From Selaginella moellendorffii (Eukaryota > Plantae > Lycopodiophyta), in assembly GCF_000143415.4 (NCBI RefSeq), contig NW_003314385.1, forward strand, positions 380,407 through 444,406: a stretch of DNA of 64,000 nt, written 5' to 3'. The notes below the pieces were generated by a model. It saw nothing but the letters and a program-made list of their open reading frames with translations, was not told the origin of the DNA and did not search any database. Position 1 is the stretch's first letter; every line of letters starts with the position of its first letter. Below are positions 48,001 through 60,540 of this stretch, one piece after another. The position numbers were made by a program, and so were the translations under genes.

Positions 48001-50764
48001 ACTAAAAGGATACCTCGAGAGTGGAGGTAGCGATCCTATGTTGCTAGGTGCAATAATCAAGGATAGAAGCAAAAGACTAGGGGCTTAAAAAAGAGCCATG
48101 GGAATCATGGAAAAGAATCCAAATGGCAAAGTTAGACCAAGAACACTAAAGTGTTGGCTGCTAATAGATTGTGGGAAAGGCAATGTGTTTCCAAAGATGG
48201 ATTCCCAATTGCTCTGCTTTGGCGAAAGTGGAAGAAGTGGTCCAATCAATCTCCAAGTTGGGGAGACTATCCTCCTTAGAGGATGGACAAGGCATGGTGA
48301 GCCTTCGATGTCAAACCATAGATAAATATTGGCTGGGTGTCAAGGATTGAAATGGTAATACATGCGGGTGTTACTTTATAAAAGATTTTACTGTTCGATG
48401 AGGACATCGAACTTCGTCTATGGGTGGTGGAGTTGTGAGACACAAAATCCCTAGGCCCCAAAGTGAAGCACGTGAAACACTTGGACCAAATGCAAAGTTT
48501 GAGTGGCATGGATGCCATTCTCAGGGCAAGCAAGCCTCAAGTCCGGAATTGGACTTATGGAGGTTGTGAGTGAGATTCCTCCAAGTGGTCGGAAGTGTGG
48601 CTAAGTGACTAAAGTAGAATGGAAAATTTAGTCGCTTACACCTCATAGTTGTCAAATCTTATAATTCATTGCTAGTGCTTCCACACTTCTATCATTATTT
48701 GGGTCACCACACTCTAACTGCATGCCTTCCAACTTAGGTTATGCCATTTCCACTTCCATTGGGATAAGGGGTTGTTATGAATTTGCTAACTTGACCTCAA
48801 GGCATCACACTTTGGCATATTTAGTGTTTTCACACCATTGGCTCTATAAATTTACCTTTACGACACTTCTCACTTGTGTCTAAGTCTTTGCCAAGATTAA
48901 GACAATCATTTTTCATGCCAACTATTAGTTAGTATTGCACTATAGTATTTACACATAATTCTATACCAAAATTGTTTTCTTTTGGGAACACCTTTTCCAT
49001 AACTTTAGTATGGCATATCTTGTTATTAATGAGATACCCACTATTCTCATACTTGGATCTTATGATCCTCCCTGTCCTTCATAAAGTGTAACACACCTTA
49101 GTCCAAATGTTTTCACTAGTCTTTTAAGACAATTTGTTGACTCTACTTGAGTAATTCAGATTTTAGGACTTTACTAATTCAATAACCCGTAAGGTCCTAA
49201 CCTCACAGTTATTTTTGAGGTGTCAGTTCACTAGAATACAACTTTTTGTATTCATGTCTTATTCACAAGAACCATCTTCGCAAGTGTTATTCCAACACTT
49301 GATTATTTTCTATTCTCTATGGGCTACCTTTGCCCCTTAGGACTATTCATCCATATAATGAGAATACCAACTCATCCTTTAAGGACACCCCTAACTCCTT
49401 GGGTTCATTCTACCATTTTTAAAAGGTAGCCCCGACTACCATTTCAAGGACTCATGTTCTCATCTGTCTTTGACCTCCCATAGTTATTAATTCTGGTCTC
49501 AAATTCATGAGCATCAATTTCAACTATATGAGAATAATCTTGTGACTCTTTTATTATTTTGGAGTCTCTATCTTTCCCATGATCCCACTATAGTTGTTTA
49601 CCACAACTACATTAGCCAGTTTACTGAGTCAAATGCTTATCTGGATCACATTCTCAACTCTCTGAGGAAAACCTTATATTATTCCCAAGATCCCAAAGTC
49701 GTTCCCTTATTAGCCATTTTCTATCCACCACCTTGCCTATAAGTTCACATATGAACTATAGTGGAGAGCCATGTCTCCTGACCTGCTACTCTTCAAAGAT
49801 AAGCCCACTCTTAAGACTTTCCAATGTCAACACAAGTGGTGATATACTTGAGCACCAATAAAAGTTGGAGTAAGAGACAACTCCAATACCAAATTGTAAG
49901 CGAGTAAATTTTCCATTTTACTTTAGTCACTTAACAATACTTCCGACTATTTGAAAAAGTCTCATTCACAACCTCCATAAGTCTAATTCAAGACTTGGGG
50001 CTTGCTAGCCCCAAGAATGGCATCCCTACCACTCAACCTTTGCACTTAGTCCAAGTGCTTCACGTGTCTAATCCACAATTGACACCCAAAGGTACCACTA
50101 ACATATCAGCCCATTACACTAAAGCTATGCCCTTTCACTTATGCCACACTAGTGGTCTAACACCACCTACATCACAATCCCATCTTTCAAAGATTAGGCC
50201 ATCCATCCATGAGTGGTCATCCCAGATTCACTCATTAGCATCCTTAGGATGCATACAAACATGGGGAATAGCCTTCCTCAATATTACTTTTTTGGTCCCT
50301 ACTAAGTCTCTTTCTGTCCATGGTTGTATTCACCAACACTGCCACTGGGTCAAGGCCCACAGGCCCGACCACCAAGTCCCACTATCCTCTAGGACTTTCT
50401 CATCATGTGTTTGTATCCTTGGTCACCACACCAAAGGATTACTCCTCTTCTTTTCTATAGTTCGGACTTTAGGACAACATTTCGAAACACTATGGCCCTT
50501 TGCAAGCCTTATGGGTACTCTCCCCACTTTCCACCTTTGGGTGCTTTAGCCATGGGCTTAGAGTGAGGTTTCGTTGAGCCACACTAGGTATCCAAGTAGG
50601 TAGTGCCACCCACACTTGAACTGGGAGCATCAACTATTTGATCTCCCGGTAGAACTAGAGCCAACTCTTGAACACTTCACCAAGCTACCCCACATGTCAG
50701 TTTGTATTCACTCTAGCCTTGGACTCTTCAATGGATATATCATCGACCAATAGCCTATATTAGT

Positions 50765-51310
50765 ATTCGGACTCGAACTCGAACTTGGTCTCGGTCTCAG
50801 TTTCAGACTTGGACTCAGTTTTGCTCTCAGTTCCATCTCGGACTCCATCTCGAACTCTATCTCGGGTCCATCTCAGACTCCATTTTGGGTCCATCTCAAA
50901 CTCCATCTCTGGTCCATCTCCAGCCCATCTCAGACTCCATCTTGGGTTCATCTCGGACTCCATCTTCGGTCCATCTCAGGTCCATCTCGAACTCCATTTC
51001 AGGTCCATCTCGGACTCCATCTCAGATTCCATTTCAGATCCATCTCAGACTCCATCTTAGGTCCATCTCGAACTCCATCTCAGACTCCACATCAAGTTCA
51101 TCTCGGACTCCATTTCAAAGTCCATCTCAGGTCCATCTCGGACTCCATCTCGTGTCCATCTTGGGCTCCATTTCAAACTCCATTTTAGACTCTATCTCGG
51201 GTCTATCTCGGACTCCATCTCGGGTCCATCTCGAACTCTATCTCAGACTCCATCTCGGGTCCATCTTGGACTCCATCTTAGGCTTCATTTTGGGTTTATC
51301 TTGGACTCTT
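50765..51310 (-). repeat. Expanded 11-12-bp tandem array (ATCTCGGACTCC / ATCTCGGGTCC) in the B2 5' LTR
   Basis: Same unit as 23755-23936 on the opposite strand, roughly three times longer. Confidence 0.85.
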
Positions 51311-51917
51311 TTATATGTCATGTGTTGGTCCTCTTATGTCCCTTTTCTAGAGACTCACTTACTATTTGCTTTGTACTCGTTCCTTGAGCACTTTGTTGGG
51401 AGTTCCACTCCCACTCTCGACTATCCAAGTCAGAGCTTTTAGTTCAAATATTTTACTCTCATTTGGCTTCTGCTTTGGCCACTACCACATGGCATCCTTT
51501 CGGCTCCACTTTTGGGGCTCTGGGATTTGTGTCTCATAACACCCTCGCTATCATGCCCTTATATTGGTCTCATTCGATTCCAATTGCTATTTATGGAAAG
51601 TAACTAGAGTTGCTAATTTGGCATCTTTATAGAATATAAAGATTGTCCTGAACACAATGGTATTGATCCCTAAACCCAAGCTCCACGTTGCTTTAGTTAG
51701 TGGGGTACCCTCTTCCTTGCATTAGGCCACTAGTATGTTGAAATCGTGCCAAACACCATCTGACATCATTTCATGGGATTGAGAGTGTACTAAACCCTCA
51801 TTTTGTAGCACAAAATTCAAGTGCATTACAATGAGTTTTATGGGTACTCCCCCCACCTTCTACATCTAGATGCCCTAACCATATGGTTAGAGTGAGGTTT
51901 CAATAAGTTACACTAAG

Positions 51918-52468
51918 TGTAAGCTCCTAAGTTTGGACTTTTTAGGAGGTCACCCAGCCCAGTACTATTCAAACCCAAGCACGCTTAACCCCAAATATCC
52001 CAAGACCCTTAACCAATTGGAAAAAAGGGTGCACTTTTGTTCATAAGCTATTTAAACTTTTATAGATCACCTCTTGAATCATTCTTGTTGGTTTTTTACA
52101 ATCCACCATACTTCCCTGCAAGTTCACGCCCTTGTGAATGGAAGCTAAGAGCCACAGCTCTTCTGAGAGCCCTGCTCTCTTGACACCCTACCCCTTGGGT
52201 CAAGCGTAGCCGGAGCACATTAAACTTTTGCCAAATGTCAATCAACATGTGGTGCAATACCCCTAGCCAACCAATAAATTCAGACTTGAGACCTTTTTAA
52301 TACCAAATATAAGTTTGGACTTTCTAGGAAGTCACCCAACCCAGTACTATTCAAACCCCCCAAAATATCCCAAGACCCTTAACCAATTGGAAAAAGGAGT
52401 GCACTTTTGCTTTTTATATTTTAACCTTTATGGATCACCGCTCGAGTTGTTCTCTTTAGTTGCTTACA
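51918..52468 (-). mobile_element. Cassandra-type TRIM (two LTRs + short internal region)
   Basis: Two 5S-like LTRs (51918-52100, ~52308-52468). Reverse-strand PBS TTTTAATACCA. TSD CTAAG/CCAAG. Confidence 0.82.
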
Positions 52469-53153
52469 CCAAGTAAATAGTGCCACCCACACTTAGATTA
52501 GGAGCATCTATTATTTGATCTCCCAAGGGAGATAAAGCCAACTCTTGAACATTTGACCAAACTACCTATTTATCTATCCGTGTTTACTCTAGCTTTGGAC
52601 TCCTCAATAGTTTATCATCACTCACCAAGTGGGTATAACTTTCTTGGGTCACACTAGCCTTTTTTGGCCAAACTGATTTTACTAGAGTTCAACCCCACAC
52701 TCTCCTTACTATACTTCCCCCCTCAGGGGGGATAATCGCTTTAGCCTTACACCCCTCAACCTCTATTGGTATTCAAACTCAGTCTCAGTCTTGGTCTTAG
52801 TCTTGGTCTCAATCTTGGTCTTAGTCTGTGTATCATTCTCAAACCGAGTCTTGGCCTTGGTCTCGGACCCAATCTCAAATCTTCATCTTGGACTTAACCT
52901 TAGGCTTTATCACAAACTCTATCTCAAACTCTTTCTCAAACTCCATCTCAAACTATTTTTTGGACTCCTTCTTAGACTCTATCTTGAATTCCATCTTAGG
53001 CTCCTTCTTGGATTTTATCTTGGACTCCTTCTCGGACTTAGTCCCGACACTTCCATGTGTCAAGACACTTGCCATGTGTTAGTCCTTCTTGTGTCCCTTT
53101 CTAAAGACTCATTCATTGATTGCTTTATACTCATTCTTCAAGCAATTTATTTA

Positions 53154-53747
53154 TGTAAGCAACCAAAGGAAATAACTTAAAAGATGATCTATAAAAGTTT
53201 AAATATAAAGGGAAAGAGCTTATAAACAAAAGTGCACCCCTTTTTTTAATTGGTTAAAGATCTTGAGATACTTAAGGTTAAGTATCATTAGGTTTGAATA
53301 GTATTGGGTTAAGTGACTTCCCAAGAAGTCCAAATCAAGGAGCTTGCATTTGGTATCAAAGCAGTTTTAGATTTGACTCTGTTGATTGGGTAAGGGAATC
53401 ACACCATATGTTGAGATTGACATTTGGTAAATCTAATTTGCTCTAACTGAGCTTGACCTGAAGTAGGGTGTCAAGAAAGCAGGGCTTTTAAGGGAGTTAT
53501 AGCTCTCAACTTCCATTCACGAGGGTATAAACTTGTAAGGAAATGTGATAGATTATAAATAACTAAAAAGAACAATTTGAGAGATGATCTATAAGGGTTC
53601 AAATATAAAAGAAATAACTCATAAACAAGAGTGTACCCTCTTTTCCAATTGATTAAGGGTTTTGGGATATTTAAAATTAAGTATCTTTGGGTTTAAATTG
53701 TACTGTGCTAAATGACCTTTTAAGAAGTCCAAATTAAGAAATTTATA
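53154..53747 (+). mobile_element. Cassandra-type TRIM (two LTRs + short internal region), heavily C>T/G>A decayed
   Basis: LTRs 53154-53348 and 53554-53747 are homologous to 34972-35165. PBS TGGTATCAAAGC at 53351. TSD ATTTA/GTTTG (differs by two G>A). Confidence 0.82.
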
Positions 53748-55695
53748 GTTTGGAGTTCCACTTTTGCTCTTGACTTTCTGAGTTTAAGCTTTTGGTCCAA
53801 ATGTGTTATACTTGTTAGACTTCTACATCGACCACTACCATATGGCACACTTTTAACTTTACTTTTGGGCTTAAGGATTTGTGTCTCACAATGGTATTTA
53901 ATATAGTATTCAATAATTATATATGATTTCTTTGTAAGGTCTTATAAAAAACTACTGATATAACTACAATGTTATATACTAAATTCATATTATAGTCTTA
54001 GTAGAGAAACTAGCCACACCTTTGATAAATTCAACAATAAATATCTATATATTTCTCAATATGATTGTAAACTAGAGGTTTCTATATTGTGTAGGTTTCT
54101 ATAAAAGGTAATAAAACCACCACAATGCCTTAAATGAAAATTATCCCATAGCCAAAGAAACTAAAGGTTATTAGAGTTGACTTTAAGGTAAATTATCATA
54201 TAAATATATTCTACTATGTAGTTTTTCTATAGGTTCATATGAATAAGCTCTAGAAGCAATATTAACATTAAGGCTAGTGTCATGTAAAAACCATAATAAC
54301 CTAAATTTAAAGTAAAGAATGAGGTGAACAAATTTTTTTTCATTAAATACATTCAAACTAATTCTTATTGTAACATAATGAAAAATAAGGGGTGACAACT
54401 TTAAAGCCCCCACTAAACAAGCCTAAACATTATATAGTAAGTATTTTAGTTTGAGCTATAGTTATGATTAATTTAGTTTATTTATAAAAGGCCAAACTTA
54501 AAAAGTTAGATATTTTGTCCCTAAAAAGAAATTTTCCTTCAAAACTTCAAAACAATTTGTAAGATGGAAGATAAAATTTATCACTTACTGTTGTTGGCAT
54601 GCTTTAAAGGTTGGGTTGGTATCTTTAGCAACATGGGTGACGAATACTTAAGATAAGATTACATTAACCATTTAGAAGGCTGAAAATTTTAATAAAATAT
54701 ATGAAAATATATAAAAACTATTCAGTTACATCAAATCACAAATGCATGTAAAGCTCTAGGAAAAATTATAAGACTATTTTTCTAAACTACATGTAAAAAT
54801 ATATTTCTTATTTTATAATTAAATATATAATTACCATATATTAAACAAATACATAGTTTTTCTCAAAACTATACAAAATCCTAGCTATTCTACCATAAAA
54901 AAATTATATGCAGTATTTGATGAAAAAAGTAGAGTAACATCTTTATAAAAACCATAGAAAACACTATACTAAAAAATATTTGTCACACAAATACTTAGAC
55001 TATATATAAAAAAATATAAAACCATTAGAAATTTATTTTGAAGAAACCATAGTTTTTCCTATAAAAACTTTTCATATTAATTTCTCTCATGACTTGTTTC
55101 ATTAAAATTTTGAAAAACCACATTATTTGCCCTGCTGTGGGTTATTGGACCATATTAAGTACAAGCTTAACTTGGTCCACAGATTTATCAATAGGTTCAT
55201 ATAGATGGACAATATAATTGGCAACATGTGGCACATGTCTCTCAGCCATCGACCCAACCATGATACTTGAGGGGGGAGTCATGTTAGGTCTGGACCACTA
55301 ATTGTCTATATGAGGCTTCAATAATCTAAAGATACCTCTCTTTTGTAATAATAATATATTTATTTTTAAGTAAACTAGGAGGGAGTCAAAGTAATTTAAT
55401 TTGTGAGCAAACAAAAAGGTTGCAAACACTATGCAGTATGCCTTTTAAGATGATTATGTTATCTCATAATGTAGCAGAGCCCGGGCAAAGATCCCCACTA
55501 GCAGCTCCACCTGTCCAGAAGTACTTCAAGTTTGTGTTTGGGGAGCTTAGGAAGCAACAAAAGTAGCTTAGCCCGGGACAACAATCTTCTACCCATTAGG
55601 CTTTTCCATCTGGAAAAAGAGATGGAGCGAACCACCAGCAATGATGATACACCAACCAGCGCGTGATTAAGCCTTTCAGCGAGGCTTCGGAGCCA

Positions 55696-57558
55696 TCAGA
55701 TTTCCTCCATTGACATATTCGCAAGCAGTGAGTAAGGTGCCGAATCTTGTCTATCCGAAGTAGCAGCAAGCAAAGCAACTCGTTGGCCTCGTTGGATATC
55801 ACTCTGGAGCCTACAAGCTCCAAGTAAGCTTGTCCACGCAACACTATCTGCCGAGTTTGACAGGCTCGCAATCAGTTCCTCAGCGTAGCTCAGCTCTCCA
55901 GATCTTGCAATGATATCTGCCATGAAACCATAGAGCTCATAACTTGGACTCAAGCCATGGTCCTCCACCATCGCCACTAAGTGCTCGCGAGCCTCTGCCA
56001 CCTTTCCACCATAGCTGCAAGCGGTGAGAACTGCAAATGCAGTGAGCTCGTCAGGCTTGATGCCATCAAGCACCATGAGCTGGAAGAAATGAAATGAATC
56101 CTCCATTAGACCATTCTGGGCATACGCCTGGATCATAGAATTCCATGTTATCAAGTTTCGCTCTTGCATTATCAAATCAAAAATATGCCTCGCGTCGCTG
56201 ACCTTGCCAACCTCTGCATAAGCCGCCATCATGGCATTCAATGTGACAATGCTGGCCACTGGTATAGCAGAAAATATTCTTTGAGCCGCATCAAGTTCAC
56301 CCTTTTGAGCATATGTGGTGAGGACAATGTTCCAGGAAGTAATATCTTGCTGGGGCATTCTTTCAAAAATCTCCAGTGCTTGACTTGTGTCTCCAGCTTG
56401 AGCGTGCGCTAACATCAGAGCATTGCACGTAACGGAGTTCCGACATGGCATCTCGTTAAACAGTTTTCTAGATACTTCTAGATGCCCGTATTGGGCATTT
56501 GCTGAGACCATTACATTCCAGCTAACCACGTCCCTGACTGGCGCTTTTGAGAATATCTCCCTGCCCTGTTCAAAGTGACCGTTTAGTGAATAAGCCGATA
56601 GTAGTGTGTTCCACGAAACCATGTCGCGATAAACAGCGTCATTAAACAGAGCTCTAGCAGTAAGAACATGCCCGCACGCGGCATATGCTGTTACCATAGC
56701 AGTCCAGGATATAACATCCTGATATGGCATCTTATCAAAAGCGTACTTAGCTTGATCAACCTGGCCAGTTTGGGTGTAAGCTACTATCATCGCGTTCCAG
56801 GTGACTATGTTGTGCTCGGCCATGGTGTCAAAGAGCGAGCGCGCTTCGTCGAGATAGCCATGGCTGCTGTAAGCGGTGATCATGGCCGTCCACGTCACGA
56901 CGCTGTGCTGGGGCGCGCGGGCCAGAGCGATTCTGGCCGTCGACAGCTCCCCATTGAGCGTGCAGCTATGGAAGAAGAAGACGTTCCAAGACACCATGTC
57001 TCGCTCGGGCATCCCCTCAAACAGCTCTTTCGCGCTGGCGCAATCCCCATCCTCGGCAACTGCGGTCATGAGCGCGTTCCACGACACGACGTTCCACTGC
57101 GGGAACCGATCAAACAAGAGCCTGGCCTGATCCAAATGCCCCAGATCGCACAGCCCTTGCAGCATCGTGTTCCACAGCACCACATCGCCACTGCTGCTGC
57201 TGGGCACTGCCGGATCCGCGAAGAACATGGCCATGGCGGGCTGGAGCTGGCCATTGCGGAGAAACGCGCTGAGCATCATCGTCTTGGAGAAGCAATTGGG
57301 CGCCTGGATGCCATTGTAGATGCTCTTGGCGGCCTGGGCGTTGCCACACTTGCCATACATCTCGATGAGCTTGTTGGCGAGGTAGCGATTCTTGGCGTGG
57401 CTGCTGCCGGCAATCTCGCGGTGGATGGACGCGCCCCGAGCCAGCAGCCTGCCGTCGGCGCATCGCTTGATCTCCTCCGCGATGGCGTTGATCTCCGACC
57501 GGATCCAGCTCCATTCTTGGTGTGACGCCGCCAAGGCAATTGATCGCAGCACCGGCAT
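55696..57558 (-). CDS. PLS-class pentatricopeptide repeat protein (E1 domain, no DYW)
   Basis: 620-aa intronless ORF of PPR motifs (LIEMYGKCG, VVTWTAMITAY). Ends WTSLLGACRL...PYSLLANM. Confidence 0.95.
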   Translation of the reverse strand: MPVLRSIALAASHQEWSWIRSEINAIAEEIKRCADGRLLARGASIHREIAGSSHAKNRYLANKLIEMYGKCGNAQAAKSIYNGIQAPNCFSKTMMLSAFLRNGQLQPAMAMFFADPAVPSSSSGDVVLWNTMLQGLCDLGHLDQARLLFDRFPQWNVVSWNALMTAVAEDGDCASAKELFEGMPERDMVSWNVFFFHSCTLNGELSTARIALARAPQHSVVTWTAMITAYSSHGYLDEARSLFDTMAEHNIVTWNAMIVAYTQTGQVDQAKYAFDKMPYQDVISWTAMVTAYAACGHVLTARALFNDAVYRDMVSWNTLLSAYSLNGHFEQGREIFSKAPVRDVVSWNVMVSANAQYGHLEVSRKLFNEMPCRNSVTCNALMLAHAQAGDTSQALEIFERMPQQDITSWNIVLTTYAQKGELDAAQRIFSAIPVASIVTLNAMMAAYAEVGKVSDARHIFDLIMQERNLITWNSMIQAYAQNGLMEDSFHFFQLMVLDGIKPDELTAFAVLTACSYGGKVAEAREHLVAMVEDHGLSPSYELYGFMADIIARSGELSYAEELIASLSNSADSVAWTSLLGACRLQSDIQRGQRVALLAATSDRQDSAPYSLLANMSMEEI

Positions 57559-58176
57559 TTACAAACCATTTTCACATATGAAGAGCCAAGAGCCCTTACT
57601 TGCTTGGGGATGGCTTTATAATATGCTTACATATGCCCAAGATGGGCATTTTGGCAATGGTGTGTGATTTAGCTGCGTATGCCCGAAAAGGGCATGCCAA
57701 GGAGGCGGATTTTGGCAATGAAGGGACAAGACTTGTTCCTAAAGTGCGGCTGTTAGAGAATGAAGAAGAACGAGGTCCAACAAAGGAAATTCTCGCTGCT
57801 TTGGAATTTATGGCGACATTGGAGCAAGGAGCACACACTGCCTCGGCCGCTTAAAGGAAAAGGTGATGGATCAAGCTCTCTTTTTTATCATGTCACTGGT
57901 CCATGAAAGTCTCGCTTTTGTGCGATGGCCAGCCAGTTCCTGCCATCAAGTTTATAAAGGAAGATTGCGACGGCGAGCAGAAAAGATTGACAAACACATC
58001 AGTAAGCTTCTCGTTTGCTTTTGTTTGCCGGAAAATGTGAGCTCTTGGTTTCTTGTAAAGCCAGGCTCTCTTTTCTGTCCTGGCATTCATGGTCGTCTTC
58101 AAGCGCTCTTGGCCGGCATCACCGTTTTATAACCCAAAGCTCGACTCTCCGGCTTCTCCATTCGATCCGGAGCAAT

Positions 58177-59005
58177 ATGTCGTTCCTGACGCTGCTCCTC
58201 CTCCTCTTCTTCACTTCAGGTGAGTTTTATCGCTCGAGATCTCTCATGTTCCTCAAAGCTCGTCCTTGCTGAAGCTCATGGAGTAACTTTCACGCTCAAC
58301 AATTCGTGCTCCTTCACTGTCTGGCCTGGCTGGTTGAATGGCGATGGAGAGTCCGTTCTCGAAGGTGGCTACAAGCTCGACCCATCGCACTCCGTCCAGC
58401 TCTCAATCCCTTCGGGCTGGGGTGGCCGATTCTGGGGACGAACCGGCTGCCAGTTTGATAGCAGCAACCGCGGGAGCTGCGAGACCGGAGACTGTGGCAA
58501 CGGGCTCTACTGCAAAGGCTCCTCCGGCGCCACTCCCGTCACCCTCGTCGAGATAAAGCTCAATGGCTTCTCCAGCAAGGATTTCTACGACGTTTCTCTC
58601 GTCGACGGCTACAATCTCCCAGTGAGGATGTATCCGCTCTCTTCCGGATGCACCAACGTAGGCTGCCACAGCGATGTCAACGCGGTCTGTCCCCAGGAGC
58701 TCCAAGTTCGCAACAGTGGCGGGCATGTCGTCGCTTGCAAGAGCGCTTGCGAGGCCTTCCAGACGGACGCCTTCTGCTGTAGAGGGAACCATAGCACTCC
58801 CCAGACTTGCTCCCCAACTCTCTACTCGAGGCTCTTCAAGAACGACTGTCCCCAGGCATATAGCTACGCTTACGACGATCTGACCAGCACTTTCACTTGC
58901 ACTTCTGGTGGCGGATATGTCATCCAGTTTTGTCCGCCTGGAAGCTTTACAAAGTCTCGGCAACACCACGGGAGAGCTCGGGGACACAGAAGAATCGGGA
59001 GCTGA
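58177..59005 (+). CDS. Thaumatin-like protein (PR-5), join(58177..58219,58275..59005)
   Basis: Signal peptide MSFLTLLLLLFFTSAHG across a 55-nt phase-1 intron. Motifs GRFWGRTGC, CETGDC, DFYDVSLVDGYNLP, YSYAYDD, FCP. Confidence 0.93.
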
Positions 59006-59694
59006 AACAACAACGTAATTAAGAAAGAATTTTTCTCTACCGGAAGTTTTAAATAAAAATGACAAATAAAGAGAAGTAAATCATCATCGGTTCCTATAAA
59101 CATCAACCCAGCTCCAAGTGGAAAGAACAAGGATAAAGATGTCTACATATGCAATCCATTTGTTGCCAAGAAAGGGACTTGGTGCTTAACAGAATTGATC
59201 TTCCTTGGAATTTTCCTCCTCTTCGCATGGATTGTGTCCTGAAGTCGCTACTATACATGGTCTCAAACTACTCCCAAGCGTCAATAGGAGCCCTTCGATT
59301 AAAGTTGCTTTTCTTTCCAACAAGTTTAATTGTCATCACCTTCCATCTTGATGCAAAGCTAGGCTGAGCTCTTTAGAACAAGAGTTATCTTTTCCGGGTA
59401 AGCATGCAAAAAATAGTTTATAAATTTAGAGTAAACTTTTTGTAATTTTGTGGCTTCTTTCATATTTAGCTGGTAAAATTTAAAACCTGGCCAAGGTGGG
59501 CGAAACCACCAGTTATGCAGCCAAGAATAGCGGAAAATACGACATACCAAATCTGCGTGTCAAGGAAATAAATCTGCGATGCAATGCATTCCAATTTTAG
59601 TACCTTCATCAAAGTATGAAATCTTATAACTACTGGTGTCCACAAGGTGACAACGGTGAGGATCTTGTAATGGTCTGCCGAAGAATCAAGAGAA

Positions 59695-59800
59695 AATTAA
59701 CCACTGCTCCCCAAGAAATGGCCAATAGTATCCAGCATGAAGGATCTTTTGACTAGTATTCATTTCTGCAAATTGGCCACCACAATCATGTGTTAATGCC
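59695..59800 (-). mobile_element. Small gypsy integrase zinc-finger fragment
   Basis: HDCGGQFAEMNTSQKILHAGYYWP resembles the H..CGGH...KIL.AGYYWP motif. Confidence 0.5.
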
Positions 59801-59809
59801 AAGACTTGT

Positions 59810-60540
59810 TGTGGAGACAAGTACTCCCATAGAAGCAGGCTCAAAGTTGTTGAAGACCTGTAGTTCAACATCAACTTCAGATGACCCTCCCAAGGAGGAG
59901 AACACGATACTGTACCGACAAGTGGTCGGGAGCCTCATTTACTTGATGGTTTCAACTAGGCCTGATCTTACATTTAGTGTGGGAGCACACTCAAAGTTCC
60001 TTGACAACCCTTCATCCTCACATTAAGTTGTTATGAAGCGGATCATAAGGTATGTGAGTGGTACAAGGAAATACACATTGAAATATAGAAGAGGAAATTG
60101 AGGCAATGGCCTGGTGGGATACACAGATGCAAATTTGGCAGGAGATCCAGATCTACCTCAGGGTATGTCTTCATGTACAACCATAATATGGTTAGTTGGT
60201 GTTCCAGGAGGTAGTAGATCACTGCAATGTCCTTGTGCGAGTCTGAATACATTGTAGCTGTTGCAGTAGCAAAAGAAGCCATCTGGCTTAAGATGTTATT
60301 GCAGGACCTTGGGATACAAATTTTAATAGTCAAACTCTTTTGTGACAATATGTTGGCAGTAGCATTGACTCGAAATGTGAAATTTCACTCACACACCAAG
60401 CATATTGAGTTGAGGTTCCACTTCATTTGGGATCAAGTCAACAATAGAACCATCAACTTGGACTGCCTTGATAGTTGTTGATATTCTGATGAAGTCCCTG
60501 TCTTGAGTGAAACATAAAGTCTTTGAAGGAGTGTGGAGAT
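59810..60540 (+). mobile_element. Degenerate Ty1/copia RT/RNase H fragment
   Basis: YRQVVGSLIYLMVSTRPDL, SLCESEY, FCDN, KHIELRFHFI, with stops and frameshifts. Confidence 0.85.

Larger units (their letters stand above)
23528..48640 (+). mobile_element. Non-coding LTR element B1 (same family as B2, opposite orientation); 5' LTR 23528-24964, internally deleted 3' LTR 48434-48640
   Basis: TSD CCTCA at 23523-23527 and 48641-48645. Termini TGTGAGA...CTTACA. PBS-like TGGTATTGGAGC at 24968. Purine-rich GGGTGGTGGAG before the 3' LTR. Confidence 0.88.
21393..51538 (-). mobile_element. Non-coding LTR element B2 (LARD-like), inserted in the 3' LTR of the old chromovirus; 5' LTR 49895-51538, truncated 3' LTR 21393-~22280
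   Basis: TSD ACACC at 21388-21392 and 51539-51543. LTRs match the reverse complement of 23528-24964. Reverse-strand PBS (CTCCAATACCA) at ~49881-49891. No retroelement ORFs inside. Confidence 0.85.
6314..51830 (+). mobile_element. Old degenerate Ty3/gypsy chromovirus (family A), split by later insertions: partial 5' LTR ~6314-6639, PBS 6642, gag to 8123, pol 17125-~20455, 3' LTR 21058-21392 + 51539-51830
   Basis: Colinear with the young copy at 9778-17124 but with many stops. PBS TGGTATCAG. PPT GGGGGAAAG before TGTCAC at 21058. LTR end GTGCATTACA occurs at both 6639 and 51830. Confidence 0.85.
51831..53890 (-). mobile_element. Degenerate family-B LTR remnant (B3) carrying two Cassandra insertions
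   Basis: Homologous to the reverse complement of 23528-24370. Ends GTGTCTCACA at 53890. Confidence 0.75.

Noticed and set aside
50760-51442. ORFs of 67-185 aa
   Set aside because: They are translations of the tandem 11-12-bp LTR repeat.
53891-55400. AT-rich stretch possibly from a decayed DNA transposon
   Set aside because: I found no convincing termini, TSD or coding remnant.
56668-57525. 285-aa plus-strand ORF, and similar shadows at 3525-4082, 40088-40966 and 58403-59065
   Set aside because: Antisense shadows of GC-rich real genes with no recognisable motifs.
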